DNA from: a virus
Virus record (IMG/VR): IMGVR_UViG_3300042691_016049
Coordinates: 4,538 to 68,537 of that record
Reading direction: 5' to 3' (one strand)
DNA: 64,000 nucleotides
This document shows, one piece after another, positions 28,713 to 37,692 of this stretch (position 1 is its first letter; the number at the start of each line of letters is the position of its first letter). The notes under the pieces were generated by a model. It was not told the origin of the DNA. It saw nothing but the letters and a program-made list of their open reading frames with translations, and searched no databases. The translations under genes were made by a program, and so were the position numbers.

Positions 28713-30346
28713 GCAACTATCTGAACGTCAATATCCCCACCTTCTTTGCTTTCGTAGACGAGGGGTTTTTCTACGATCTGGAGCCAGAGGTGTCTCGCTC
28801 AAGACAATTGGTAGAAGTCTTTGCTTTTACTTCTATTCCCCAACGTTGCGGGATGTTCAGCGTGATGACCGAATACGGAAGCCAGCATGCCAGAGTCCCG
28901 ATCCATTACCTCCATACCGATGAAACTGGAGGCACATTTTACCCGCTGGACTGGATACAACTCTGGGACTCCATGAGCTACTATTGCTCAGTCAATATCT
29001 TGGATTACTGCAAAAACAGGGCGGCAAACATCATGCTTAAAAACAAAAGCTTTGAGGAAGCCAAGTATATGTTCACGCTAGATTGGTGTTTGGGGCCGCA
29101 ATATACATCTGGATACGGCGAGATGGCGGCTGGTCACAAGTGCTTTGGCGAGGACACAATGATTCTTTGCAAAGATGGGCTTTACCCAATTAAAGAAGTT
29201 GAGGTTGGGGATTATGTTTGGACACACAAAGGTAGATGGAAGCGTGTGGCCGCTATTCATAAAAGAGTTGGCGATTCGGTTTCCGTGAAAGCTGCTGGAA
29301 TTGCCAACTTTATAACAACAAAAGAACATAAAATTTTAACAACACTAGGATGGGAGCAAGTTCAAAATGCAGGATGCGTGACTCTTGCATCGCCGCAATT
29401 ACCTCTTAGTCGCCCCATTGATTGTCCTCTAGAAATCAATGGAGATTTCATGCGGTTTCTTGGGAGGTGGGTTGGCGATGGTTGTATTAATTACTCGCAA
29501 AAATCGGGAAGACCAAAGGGAGAGTTGGTCAACAGAATCATTGTTTCTTGTAATGCTCAAGAGGAAGAATCTCTTGAAAAAGACATTGATTTGTTTTTCA
29601 AAACAAAAACGCGCCAACAGGTTTCTGGAAACTGCTATAATTATTACATGGAAAACAAACAATTGGCTGAATGGATTTCAGACAATTTTGGTAGATACTC
29701 TTGGGCAAAAAGAATTCCAAACTGGATTTATTCTTTAGACAAAAGCCTGATTGAGGATTTCATCTATGGATATTTTCTTTCTGACGGTTCTATAACAAAA
29801 GACACCAATGAAAGATCAATAACCAGTGTTTCTAAAAAACTTGCTATTGGAGTAGCGATGCTTCTTCGGGTTTGTGGATATTATCCCAAAATCTATTATC
29901 GCGACAGAGATAACGATTTATGCAAAATTCACAAAACCACCTACAAGTGTAAGCCGAGATATTCCGTAAGGTGGATGATTGACAAAAAACAAAATACCTT
30001 CACAAAATATGCTGATGGTAGAATTACTTCTAAGATAAAATCTTTAGAAGATTTTGGCACCGCCCTTCTTTATGATCTTTCAGTTGAGGACGATCACTCG
30101 TACATTGCAGATGGCGTGATAGCGCACAACTGTGGTCATGTATTTGCGGGTAATGGGCAATACTTCATCCAGCCCAACAATCGCGTGTTATGGATGGATG
30201 GAGGATCGTTTATTGCCAAGAAGTTTCCGCAAAAGCCCGACTGGAAAGTATTCAGCCAAGAGTTTAGTTGTGAACACACTGGGAGCCGTTGGGTCAGTGA
30301 AAGCGAGGAGGAGCTATGGTTTTACGACTTCAAAGAGCAGGGATAG
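28709..30346 (+). CDS. Conserved phage hypothetical protein (~215 aa extein) containing an intein
   Basis: Extein 'YLNVNIP..QLWD..YMFTLDW..GHK|CGHV..GQYFIQPNNRV'. Confidence 0.85.
   Translation: MSNYLNVNIPTFFAFVDEGFFYDLEPEVSRSRQLVEVFAFTSIPQRCGMFSVMTEYGSQHARVPIHYLHTDETGGTFYPLDWIQLWDSMSYYCSVNILDYCKNRAANIMLKNKSFEEAKYMFTLDWCLGPQYTSGYGEMAAGHKCFGEDTMILCKDGLYPIKEVEVGDYVWTHKGRWKRVAAIHKRVGDSVSVKAAGIANFITTKEHKILTTLGWEQVQNAGCVTLASPQLPLSRPIDCPLEINGDFMRFLGRWVGDGCINYSQKSGRPKGELVNRIIVSCNAQEEESLEKDIDLFFKTKTRQQVSGNCYNYYMENKQLAEWISDNFGRYSWAKRIPNWIYSLDKSLIEDFIYGYFLSDGSITKDTNERSITSVSKKLAIGVAMLLRVCGYYPKIYYRDRDNDLCKIHKTTYKCKPRYSVRWMIDKKQNTFTKYADGRITSKIKSLEDFGTALLYDLSVEDDHSYIADGVIAHNCGHVFAGNGQYFIQPNNRVLWMDGGSFIAKKFPQKPDWKVFSQEFSCEHTGSRWVSESEEELWFYDFKEQG
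29141..30130 (+). mobile_element. Intein (330 aa) with LAGLIDADG homing endonuclease
   Basis: N-terminal CFGEDTMI, block B 'TKEHKI', 'FLGRWVGDG', 'FIYGYFLSDG', C-terminal 'YDLSVEDDHSYIADGVIAHN', +1 Cys. Confidence 0.93.
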
Positions 30347-30606
30347 GAATCGCGCTACTTATTGCAAGTGGTTGTGTTTCTTATCCACCTCGTCCCTATC
30401 CTTGGAATTTCCCACCAGAAAGAGAATGGAATGCCCCACTAGAAACAAGCTGGGTTAATGCCGTAGATGCTTTTCGCAACTGGACGGCCCCCAAGGGCAA
30501 AATCTGGAATCCAATTATTCGCCAGTACGAACCTGACTTTGGTTATGAAATTGAACTTATGAAGGTTCTTCCTCCCGATCTTGAGGAACATGAATTGTAT
30601 CAATAA
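30316..30606 (+). CDS. Putative lipoprotein
   Basis: Hydrophobic stretch with lipobox 'IASGC'. Confidence 0.55.
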   Translation: MVLRLQRAGIGIALLIASGCVSYPPRPYPWNFPPEREWNAPLETSWVNAVDAFRNWTAPKGKIWNPIIRQYEPDFGYEIELMKVLPPDLEEHELYQ

Positions 30607-30919
30607 CCCAACCCTGTTTACGGGCCTCTCGTCCATTCTGATGGCACCAATCATGGCAATCCCTGCAAAGCGCGGCAAACAGACTGTAGTCGCAAAGGTA
30701 GCGCCCATTTCGTCCTGCCTTGTGATGAATGTCCTGACTCTTCGTCTTTTTGCATTTCTCGCACATTGGATGCAATGCCAAGTAAGCTTTCTTAACCTTT
30801 GCATACTCATTGTATTCGCGCTGGCGCTTGGGGGATGCATACCGCAACCTTCCGCTGCGCTTGAGGCTTTGCGTTCTTTTTAGTGGAGTTTTTGAACGGA
30901 GTGGAGTTTTTCTTGTCAT
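30557..30919 (-). CDS. Small HNH-family protein
   Basis: 'CEKC..QDIHHKAGR..LCRDCHDWCH'. Confidence 0.75.
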   Translation of the reverse strand: MTRKTPLRSKTPLKRTQSLKRSGRLRYASPKRQREYNEYAKVKKAYLALHPMCEKCKKTKSQDIHHKAGRNGRYLCDYSLFAALCRDCHDWCHQNGREARKQGWVIDTIHVPQDREEEPS

Positions 30920-31508
30920 ACCTACTATGATCACTTGGAATGATTACAACCAGATGAAGCCCGACAGAGAGGGAATCTATCTCATTAAAAACGACGAGTC
31001 AAATCCACCGTTAAAGTGGGCCTGCCACTACCATCCCCACCATGGATGGAGTGGTGTTGGACATATACTTGAGCGTGTGATTAAGTATTGGAGTCCATGG
31101 CCAGATTCAAAGTAGTATTAACTGTTATCAATGAAGACTCCGTTTCCCCATTCGTGGTTGGCCCACGCTTCCGCAGAGGAAGCCCCATGCCGATGGAAGC
31201 ACTCTACGCTGAACGCGGCGGTTACTTCTTCGACCCAGAATCAGAAATCGAGATGGCCAGAGATTGCTGCAAACTTTTTGAAAAGTACATCAACCAAGCA
31301 GAAACCAAGAAAAAGAAAAAATGAGCGATAAAACCAAAACATTCATTGTGTGCCATGGAGACAATGTTGTCGAACTTCATGGGTTTGGACTGAGTCACGA
31401 AGCGGCAACTCTTCAGGCCGACCAGCTAACAAAGGCTGGAAAGCGCAACGTCCGCATTCGACTGGAAGATCCGATTCATCCAAGCTGGCCGATGAACTTC
31501 GACGCACA

Positions 31509-32465
31509 ATGAACATAGTCTTTGCCTATCACAAGGGGGATGCCGAACTGGCGATGGAGTCTGCCAAGGCGATTACCGCCATGGGAGTCAATATGCGTCA
31601 CAAGGCTTATGTCTGCACCAAGCAAGACACCAAAAATTGCAACTTTATCATCCAAGAATTAAAGAAGTCTTTTCAAGAAGTTGAGCAATTGTTTGTTCAG
31701 GATGGGTTTGATGGCTGGCCGCTTGGCCCAAACCAGATGTTTGCTGATGTTGCAGCAGTCATGTATTCGACAATCGTCCCGTTTTATTTCTGGGAGCCAG
31801 ACTGCGTCCCAATGAAGGTTGGATGGGTGGATGACTTGGATGCGGAATACCACAAGCAATTGGGCATTCTGGGCCACAAATACGAAGGAGGAATGGCGTC
31901 CAACGGAAGGAATATCTACAAGATGATTGTTGGAAGCGCCGTATATCCGCCAAACTTTTTGGATTTTTGTCCCTCGGCCCAATCGCTATCTACATATAAC
32001 TTGGCTTACAAAAACTCAGGGAACATTCCAGAGCCTTGGGATGTGAGGTGCCGCTGGGACTTCATGGCTATTGGGCGGGACACCCCACTCATTCGCACCT
32101 ACTGGAAAAGCGTCAATTATCAATGGAAAGACGGAAAGATTGTATTCTTTGCCGCAGATCCAGAGGCTCAAGCGGTTCAGGGGGTTACTTGCCCAGACCG
32201 AATTATCTCCAGCCAAGCCGTGGTAATCCACGGGTGTAAGGACGGCTCGCTCCACCGCATGGCCATCAACCACTTTGTTACAAACGAAGAAACTACAGAG
32301 GCAAAAACAGAGGTAACAAAATCTCCCATCGAAATAAAAAGTATAGCAAAAGCTACTAAGAAAAAAAAGAGAAAAATCAGCGAAAAAGAGCGCCAGCGCA
32401 GGCGCGAGGCCATGATGGCAATTTTGGAAAGAAAGCGTGAACGAAAAGCCCAATCGGCTGTCTAA
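31509..32465 (+). CDS. Putative glycosyltransferase-like protein with a basic tail
   Basis: 'GWPLGPNQMF', 'FYFWEPDCVP', 'GSAVYP' and 'VIHGCKDGS'. Confidence 0.5.
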   Translation: MNIVFAYHKGDAELAMESAKAITAMGVNMRHKAYVCTKQDTKNCNFIIQELKKSFQEVEQLFVQDGFDGWPLGPNQMFADVAAVMYSTIVPFYFWEPDCVPMKVGWVDDLDAEYHKQLGILGHKYEGGMASNGRNIYKMIVGSAVYPPNFLDFCPSAQSLSTYNLAYKNSGNIPEPWDVRCRWDFMAIGRDTPLIRTYWKSVNYQWKDGKIVFFAADPEAQAVQGVTCPDRIISSQAVVIHGCKDGSLHRMAINHFVTNEETTEAKTEVTKSPIEIKSIAKATKKKKRKISEKERQRRREAMMAILERKRERKAQSAV

Positions 32466-32473
32466 CGCTTCCT

Positions 32474-33778
32474 ATGCACGAAGTCATTCACGAACCCTCG
32501 GCTGAAACTGCAATCCTTTCCTGCCTCTGCCATGCGCCGACAGAGGATCAACGCGAGATCCTTCTATCAATTAAGGAAGATCATTTCTACCTACAGGAGA
32601 ATAAGATCATCTTTCGGGCGATCATGCGGGCTATCGCCAAGGGGATGCAAGCCGACATCATAAATGTTAAGTCGGAAATCGAAGCGGCCAACGAATACGA
32701 TATCATTGGTGGTGAACAGAAGATTGCAGAAGTGGCAACTTCGTGTGTAGCCCACAACAACTGGAAGCGTTACTATCCGAAGCTGGAAGAAGCCCGATAC
32801 AGAAGGTCGTTGGAATACTTGGCCAATGACATGGTTCACAAGGCCAGAGACCGCGAACTAAAGGTCGAGGAACTCAAGAACTGGTCGGAAACCACGGTAA
32901 TGCGAGCCGATTATGAGATTGATGACGGAAACAAGCTCTCCATTGTCAACGCCCTAGACCGCGCTGCCCAGAATATTGAATCAACGATTGCTGGGAAGCC
33001 CTGTGTCGGCATCCGTACTGGATTGACTCCAGTAGATGATTTGCTGATTTTTGGAATGCGTGGAGGAGACATGGTTGTGGTTGCTGCCCGTCCAGCAGTC
33101 GGAAAGACATCCAGCGCCATGCAGATTGCAGAGCATGTGGCTCTTAATGAACAAAAACGAGTGTTGGTATTCTCTTTGGAGATGACCAGCGTTGCCCTGA
33201 TGGAGCGTCTTATCCGCTCCCGTGCGCGTGTGCGAGCCGCAGACATTCTCGCGAGGACGGTAACCCCGCAACAAAAGAAAGCCTTGGCACAGGCCACAAC
33301 AGAGATCCAGCAGTCCAAGATTCTGTGTGACGATAGCTCCGCCAAATCAATTGGCTACCTAAAGGCCGTTGCTCGTCGCGCCCATCAGCGGGAACCGCTC
33401 GATCTCATCATTATCGATTATCTTCAGCTTGTCAGGGGAGATAGTCGGCGTGGAAAAGAAAATCGCGTGTGCGAGGTGGAAGAGATTAGTGGCGGCATCA
33501 AGGATCTTGCAAAGACACTTAAGGTTCCAGTTCTTGTTTTGGCCCAACTTAATCGTGACCCCGACAAGCGCGGAGGACGCCCAAGCTTGGCCGATCTTAA
33601 GGGATCAAGTGCAATTGAGATGGATGCGGACATTGTAATCATGCTCCACAGCGAAGAGGCTGCTGATCATGGCCAAAATCCCACCATGGAATTCATTGTG
33701 GCAAAGCATCGTGAAGGCCCGACAGGTGTGGCCAACATGATATTCAACAAGGCGATTACCCGATTTGAGGCGGCTTAG
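32474..33778 (+). CDS. dnaB: DnaB-like replicative helicase
   Basis: 'AARPAVGKT', 'FSLEM', 'IIDYLQL', 'LAQLNR', 'IEMDAD' and 'KHREGPTG'. Confidence 0.96.
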   Translation: MHEVIHEPSAETAILSCLCHAPTEDQREILLSIKEDHFYLQENKIIFRAIMRAIAKGMQADIINVKSEIEAANEYDIIGGEQKIAEVATSCVAHNNWKRYYPKLEEARYRRSLEYLANDMVHKARDRELKVEELKNWSETTVMRADYEIDDGNKLSIVNALDRAAQNIESTIAGKPCVGIRTGLTPVDDLLIFGMRGGDMVVVAARPAVGKTSSAMQIAEHVALNEQKRVLVFSLEMTSVALMERLIRSRARVRAADILARTVTPQQKKALAQATTEIQQSKILCDDSSAKSIGYLKAVARRAHQREPLDLIIIDYLQLVRGDSRRGKENRVCEVEEISGGIKDLAKTLKVPVLVLAQLNRDPDKRGGRPSLADLKGSSAIEMDADIVIMLHSEEAADHGQNPTMEFIVAKHREGPTGVANMIFNKAITRFEAA

Positions 33779-34355
33779 ACTTCCAGCAAAAGTCTGGAAA
33801 TTCTAGATTTTCCCCGCCCTGAACATCAACGGGTAGGTGGACGCTTACAGCATTGTAGCAACCGCAAATTCCACAAGCCTTGAGTTGCAAATCGTATGAG
33901 GTCTTTCTGGCTCCTGCGATATGCGGAAGCATTCCAGCAATGCCCTTGCATCCCCAGCATCCAGTTGTGGCAATTTGATGTGGACATGCTGCACAAATTT
34001 GGGCCCGTCTTTCCGCCTCTTCTTGCGGCACAAGCTCAAACTTTCCGTTAACCGCGAATTGATACATGGCCCTAACCCACCGAACAATCTCGGAAAAACC
34101 AAGTTTTTGTTTCTCCTGAGAGCAGGGAACGCAGTTTGTATTTCCAGCCATTCTTTCACAAAGATTGTGTTCTATTTGTGACACAAAATCTGTGGGTGGT
34201 GTAATTTCCTTGGAAACCAAAAGCTTTTCACAGTTTCCAACCATATCCCAAAAGTCGCCTCCATAAACTGGTTCGTTTACGATTGGACACTTAACCCACC
34301 AACCCTGTGGTGGTACGCTGGTTTTACTGGAATAGCAGAATCTCGGACTATTCAT
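33756..34355 (-). CDS. Cys-rich hypothetical protein
   Basis: 'RAQICAACP..CWGC..CGICGC..CW'. Confidence 0.65.
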   Translation of the reverse strand: MNSPRFCYSSKTSVPPQGWWVKCPIVNEPVYGGDFWDMVGNCEKLLVSKEITPPTDFVSQIEHNLCERMAGNTNCVPCSQEKQKLGFSEIVRWVRAMYQFAVNGKFELVPQEEAERRAQICAACPHQIATTGCWGCKGIAGMLPHIAGARKTSYDLQLKACGICGCYNAVSVHLPVDVQGGENLEFPDFCWKSKPPQIG

Positions 34356-35118
34356 TAATTACAAGCTCTGCTTCATAGGTTGAGTTTTCGGGAATCTTCA
34401 TGGACTCTAGCTTTGTTGCAATATTTATCTGAATTGCATTTTGTTGATTCGGGCCTTCAGAGAAGTTGATCGATGCGGCTTCTGCAAGCTGTTTGATGTT
34501 TCTCATCATTCCAAGAGCTTCCATACCATCCAGATCTTGCGCGGCGTCAGCAGCCTTGACCAATACTTTTCCAGTCAAAAACTTTATAGACTTCTTCATG
34601 GTTTCCAAGGAAGCCGTGATTTCAGACATCAAGGTTGGAACTCCGTCATCCTCCCAAGGGGCTGGAGACTGCTCATTGACCAATCTTTCGCGACACTGAA
34701 TCCATCGCTGGGTATCGCGCCATAAGCAAACGGTAGACTCGCTAACCTTTAGTTCTTCGGCAATATCCCGCAAGGTTCGTCCAGAGCAATACATGGAGAA
34801 GCCCTTGATGCATTCAAGTCTTCGCCTTCTGTCCATTTCTTCCATTTTGGCTGGAGGCGGAATCAAGGCTACTGGGCGCTCTTTGTCCCAAGGATAGAGG
34901 TTTTCTTTTTCGGGATTTTCCTGCCAGATCTTGGCATACTCGTCCCACTTTTCGCTATAGATCATTTTCTCAAGCGTGGCCTTGTGCTTGGTTTCCAAAG
35001 CTTTCATTACTTCTGGCAAATCCCTGCCAGCGGCATAAAGACGAAATGCGTTTTGTTTTTTAAGTCGGTTTTCGGGCGCATCCCAATCCCGTTCTGCAAC
35101 CTTGCGCTTTTTCTCCAT
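34348..35118 (-). CDS. Probable terminase small subunit with two HTH-like repeats
   Basis: Repeats 'AFRLYAAG..W' and 'FSMYCSGRTLRDIAEEL.VSESTV..W'; C-terminal 'IQINI'; adjacent to TerL. Confidence 0.55.
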   Translation of the reverse strand: MEKKRKVAERDWDAPENRLKKQNAFRLYAAGRDLPEVMKALETKHKATLEKMIYSEKWDEYAKIWQENPEKENLYPWDKERPVALIPPPAKMEEMDRRRRLECIKGFSMYCSGRTLRDIAEELKVSESTVCLWRDTQRWIQCRERLVNEQSPAPWEDDGVPTLMSEITASLETMKKSIKFLTGKVLVKAADAAQDLDGMEALGMMRNIKQLAEAASINFSEGPNQQNAIQINIATKLESMKIPENSTYEAELVINE

Positions 35119-35146
35119 TGCGATTAGTGTAGTATAAATTTCATAA

Positions 35147-36988
35147 ATGGCAACAGTTGATCAGGGGATAGAAAAATACGGAAGGCTATGGCTACCCAAG
35201 GATGGACAAGCTATTACACCAATTCGTATTGAAATGGATGCATTCTTGCAGGGGCTAACACCAGAAGAGGGTGGACTTGGCAAGGCTCGTCATTATCGCA
35301 ATATTGTTTCAGCTATCTGGCCTACCTTTCAATGGCATCGATGGGCGGAACTTAGCGCACAGGCATTTTGCACAAATACCTATGAGGTGGACGAGGCGAC
35401 TGGCAACCGATTTGTCCGAAGCGTAACAGGTCTGGCTGGTGGTACGGATTCTGGTAAATCCTATGGGATGGCGGCATTTGCCTTGGTTAACTGGTTTTGT
35501 GATCCAATTAATACGATGTGTATTGTGGTATCTACGTCCAAGATTGACGCCAAGCAGCGTATCTGGGCGGCATTGGTCAAGATGTATCGCGAAGCCCGAA
35601 ACATGGGATTGGCCTCTGGAAGGCTTATTGAGTCCATGGACATCATCAAGCTTTCTGATGAAGAGGGGGCTGTTATCGATCCCGAAACTGGCGTGAGTGA
35701 TGCATCATCAATCATGCTTCTTGCGGCTGGCGACGAATACAAAGATGATGCCCAAAAACGACTTCAGGGTAAGAAAAATCGTCGTATTGTGTTGATAATA
35801 GACGAGTTACAAGACTGCTCGGCTTCCGTAATTAACGAGGCGGTATGGGGGTTTAAGGGCGCACAAGAACTCTACATTGTTGGCGCTGGCAACCCATCAT
35901 CCATCTTCGACCCCCACGGGAAGTTCTGCGAACCCATCAAGGGGTGGATGAGCGTGGACGAGCAAACCCCAAACTGGAAGATACGAGTGGCTGGTATTGA
36001 GGGGGTATGCATCAGGTTTGATTCAGAAAACGACAACCCCAACCAACAATCCTTCGATGCTGGCAAAGGACTCCGCTACCCATTCCTACCCAAGCCCAAC
36101 GATGTAACATTGGCCAAGAAGGAACTTGGAGAACTTAACCCACAGTATTGGAGAAAATTTCGGGGCTTCTGGCCTCCCGCAGATGCCGATGACTCCACGA
36201 TTGTATCAGATATCTTGCTGGCCCGTCACGGGGCACTTGAAAAACCAATATGGGACGGAACCCCGAAAGATATAGCAGGGATTGATCCCAGCTACACCGA
36301 AGGTGGAGACCGTTTCGTCTTTACCCACATGAAGTATGGGAAGCTGATAAGTGGGAAATGGGCGATAGCAGTAGAGAAACAGTATGTTCTCAACAGAAGG
36401 GCTGGATCTCAGGAAGACTTTCAATATGAGATGATCCAGCAAATTCACGATCTTTCGGTCAAATTGGGAATACCAAATCAATGGATGGGGGTTGATGCTT
36501 CGGCGGGTGGTATCTTTTGGTCTATTGGAGAGCGAGAACTCCTAAAGGGTTGGCATGCAGTAAGTTTTGCAGGGGCGGCGTCTGATTTACCCGTTAGCGC
36601 CCAATACGCCATGAGGAATGAGGTCACGGGAAAACCCCAAGTCGGCAAGGAATTGTTCCACAACATGGCCTCGGAACTCTGTTTTGCTGCCCGATACTTC
36701 CTAGAATGCGAACAACTCAAAGGAATTACCCCCGATCTTGCATGGGAAATGACTCAAAGAAAGTATGTACGAAGGACTCGGAAGATTATTATTGAGTCCA
36801 AGACAGACATGAAGAAGCGAATCGGGAAATCGCCTGACTTATTCGACTCATTTGCAGTAGGACTTTTTGTGGCCCGTAAAGTATTTGGGGCGATGGCGGG
36901 TAGTGAAGCGATTGAGGAAAAGAAACGGCTCAACAAGGAGACGTTTAAAAAACTCAAACAAGCCTTGACTATAAAGAAGAATTGGTAG
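35147..36988 (+). CDS. terL: Terminase large subunit
   Basis: Walker A 'GGTDSGKS', Walker B 'LIIDE', 'GNP', nuclease 'GIDPS..GGD' and 'KSPDLFDS'. Confidence 0.92.
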   Translation: MATVDQGIEKYGRLWLPKDGQAITPIRIEMDAFLQGLTPEEGGLGKARHYRNIVSAIWPTFQWHRWAELSAQAFCTNTYEVDEATGNRFVRSVTGLAGGTDSGKSYGMAAFALVNWFCDPINTMCIVVSTSKIDAKQRIWAALVKMYREARNMGLASGRLIESMDIIKLSDEEGAVIDPETGVSDASSIMLLAAGDEYKDDAQKRLQGKKNRRIVLIIDELQDCSASVINEAVWGFKGAQELYIVGAGNPSSIFDPHGKFCEPIKGWMSVDEQTPNWKIRVAGIEGVCIRFDSENDNPNQQSFDAGKGLRYPFLPKPNDVTLAKKELGELNPQYWRKFRGFWPPADADDSTIVSDILLARHGALEKPIWDGTPKDIAGIDPSYTEGGDRFVFTHMKYGKLISGKWAIAVEKQYVLNRRAGSQEDFQYEMIQQIHDLSVKLGIPNQWMGVDASAGGIFWSIGERELLKGWHAVSFAGAASDLPVSAQYAMRNEVTGKPQVGKELFHNMASELCFAARYFLECEQLKGITPDLAWEMTQRKYVRRTRKIIIESKTDMKKRIGKSPDLFDSFAVGLFVARKVFGAMAGSEAIEEKKRLNKETFKKLKQALTIKKNW

Positions 36989-37004
36989 ATTCTATTTGCC
37001 ATTT

Positions 37005-37367
37005 ATGGCTCAACTACCGATTGCGGAAGCGGATATCTGTATTTTTCAAGGTGCCACTTTCAATCAAACATTGTTTTACGAGACAGGAGAACCTTCTGCT
37101 CCCGTGGATCTTGCTGGCTATACAGCCAAGATGCATATTCGGTCAAAGCCCGAATCCAAAGCACTAATCCTTGAATTATCAACTACCAATGGTAGAATCG
37201 TTTTGAATGAAAATACAGGATCTATTAGACTATCTATTTCGGCGTCCGACACCGCCTCCCTCTCCGTCTGCGATAAAGCCGTATATGACCTTGAGCTTAC
37301 AACAGGGGCCGTCACAACCCGAATCTTGCAAGGTAATGTTATCATTTCACCAGAGGTTACCCGATAA
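37005..37367 (+). CDS. Virion beta-sandwich adaptor (fibre-attachment-like)
   Basis: 'I.QGATF..VDLAGYTAKMHIR..VYDLEL..RILQG.V'. Confidence 0.7.
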   Translation: MAQLPIAEADICIFQGATFNQTLFYETGEPSAPVDLAGYTAKMHIRSKPESKALILELSTTNGRIVLNENTGSIRLSISASDTASLSVCDKAVYDLELTTGAVTTRILQGNVIISPEVTR

Positions 37368-37691
37368 ATGAGCAAAATTTGTATTCCTATTCCTTCTTCC
37401 AGTGTTATCGGCGTTTCTTCGACTCCGATTAATACTCCCAGCATCAATATCCTTCGTGTTGAGCCGTCCATCACTGGACTCACTGGTGGTGCAGCTACGG
37501 ATCTTGATTCACTCAATACTGTTAGCGGAACCTATGCGGTTGGCATTGTTGTGTTTGTTGTTATTGGGGGAGTTCCAGCTATCTATCAACTAACCAATGG
37601 GACTGACGCCGAAAATGAGCCATTCGTCATCCGCCCAAATGATTATGACAACCAAACTGGAACAAAGCGTGTTTGGAAACGATTAATGTAA
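37368..37691 (+). CDS. Virion/fibre-associated protein
   Basis: 'TGLTGG..LD..I.PND..W' pattern; located in the fibre module. Confidence 0.55.
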   Translation: MSKICIPIPSSSVIGVSSTPINTPSINILRVEPSITGLTGGAATDLDSLNTVSGTYAVGIVVFVVIGGVPAIYQLTNGTDAENEPFVIRPNDYDNQTGTKRVWKRLM

Positions 37692-37692
37692 A

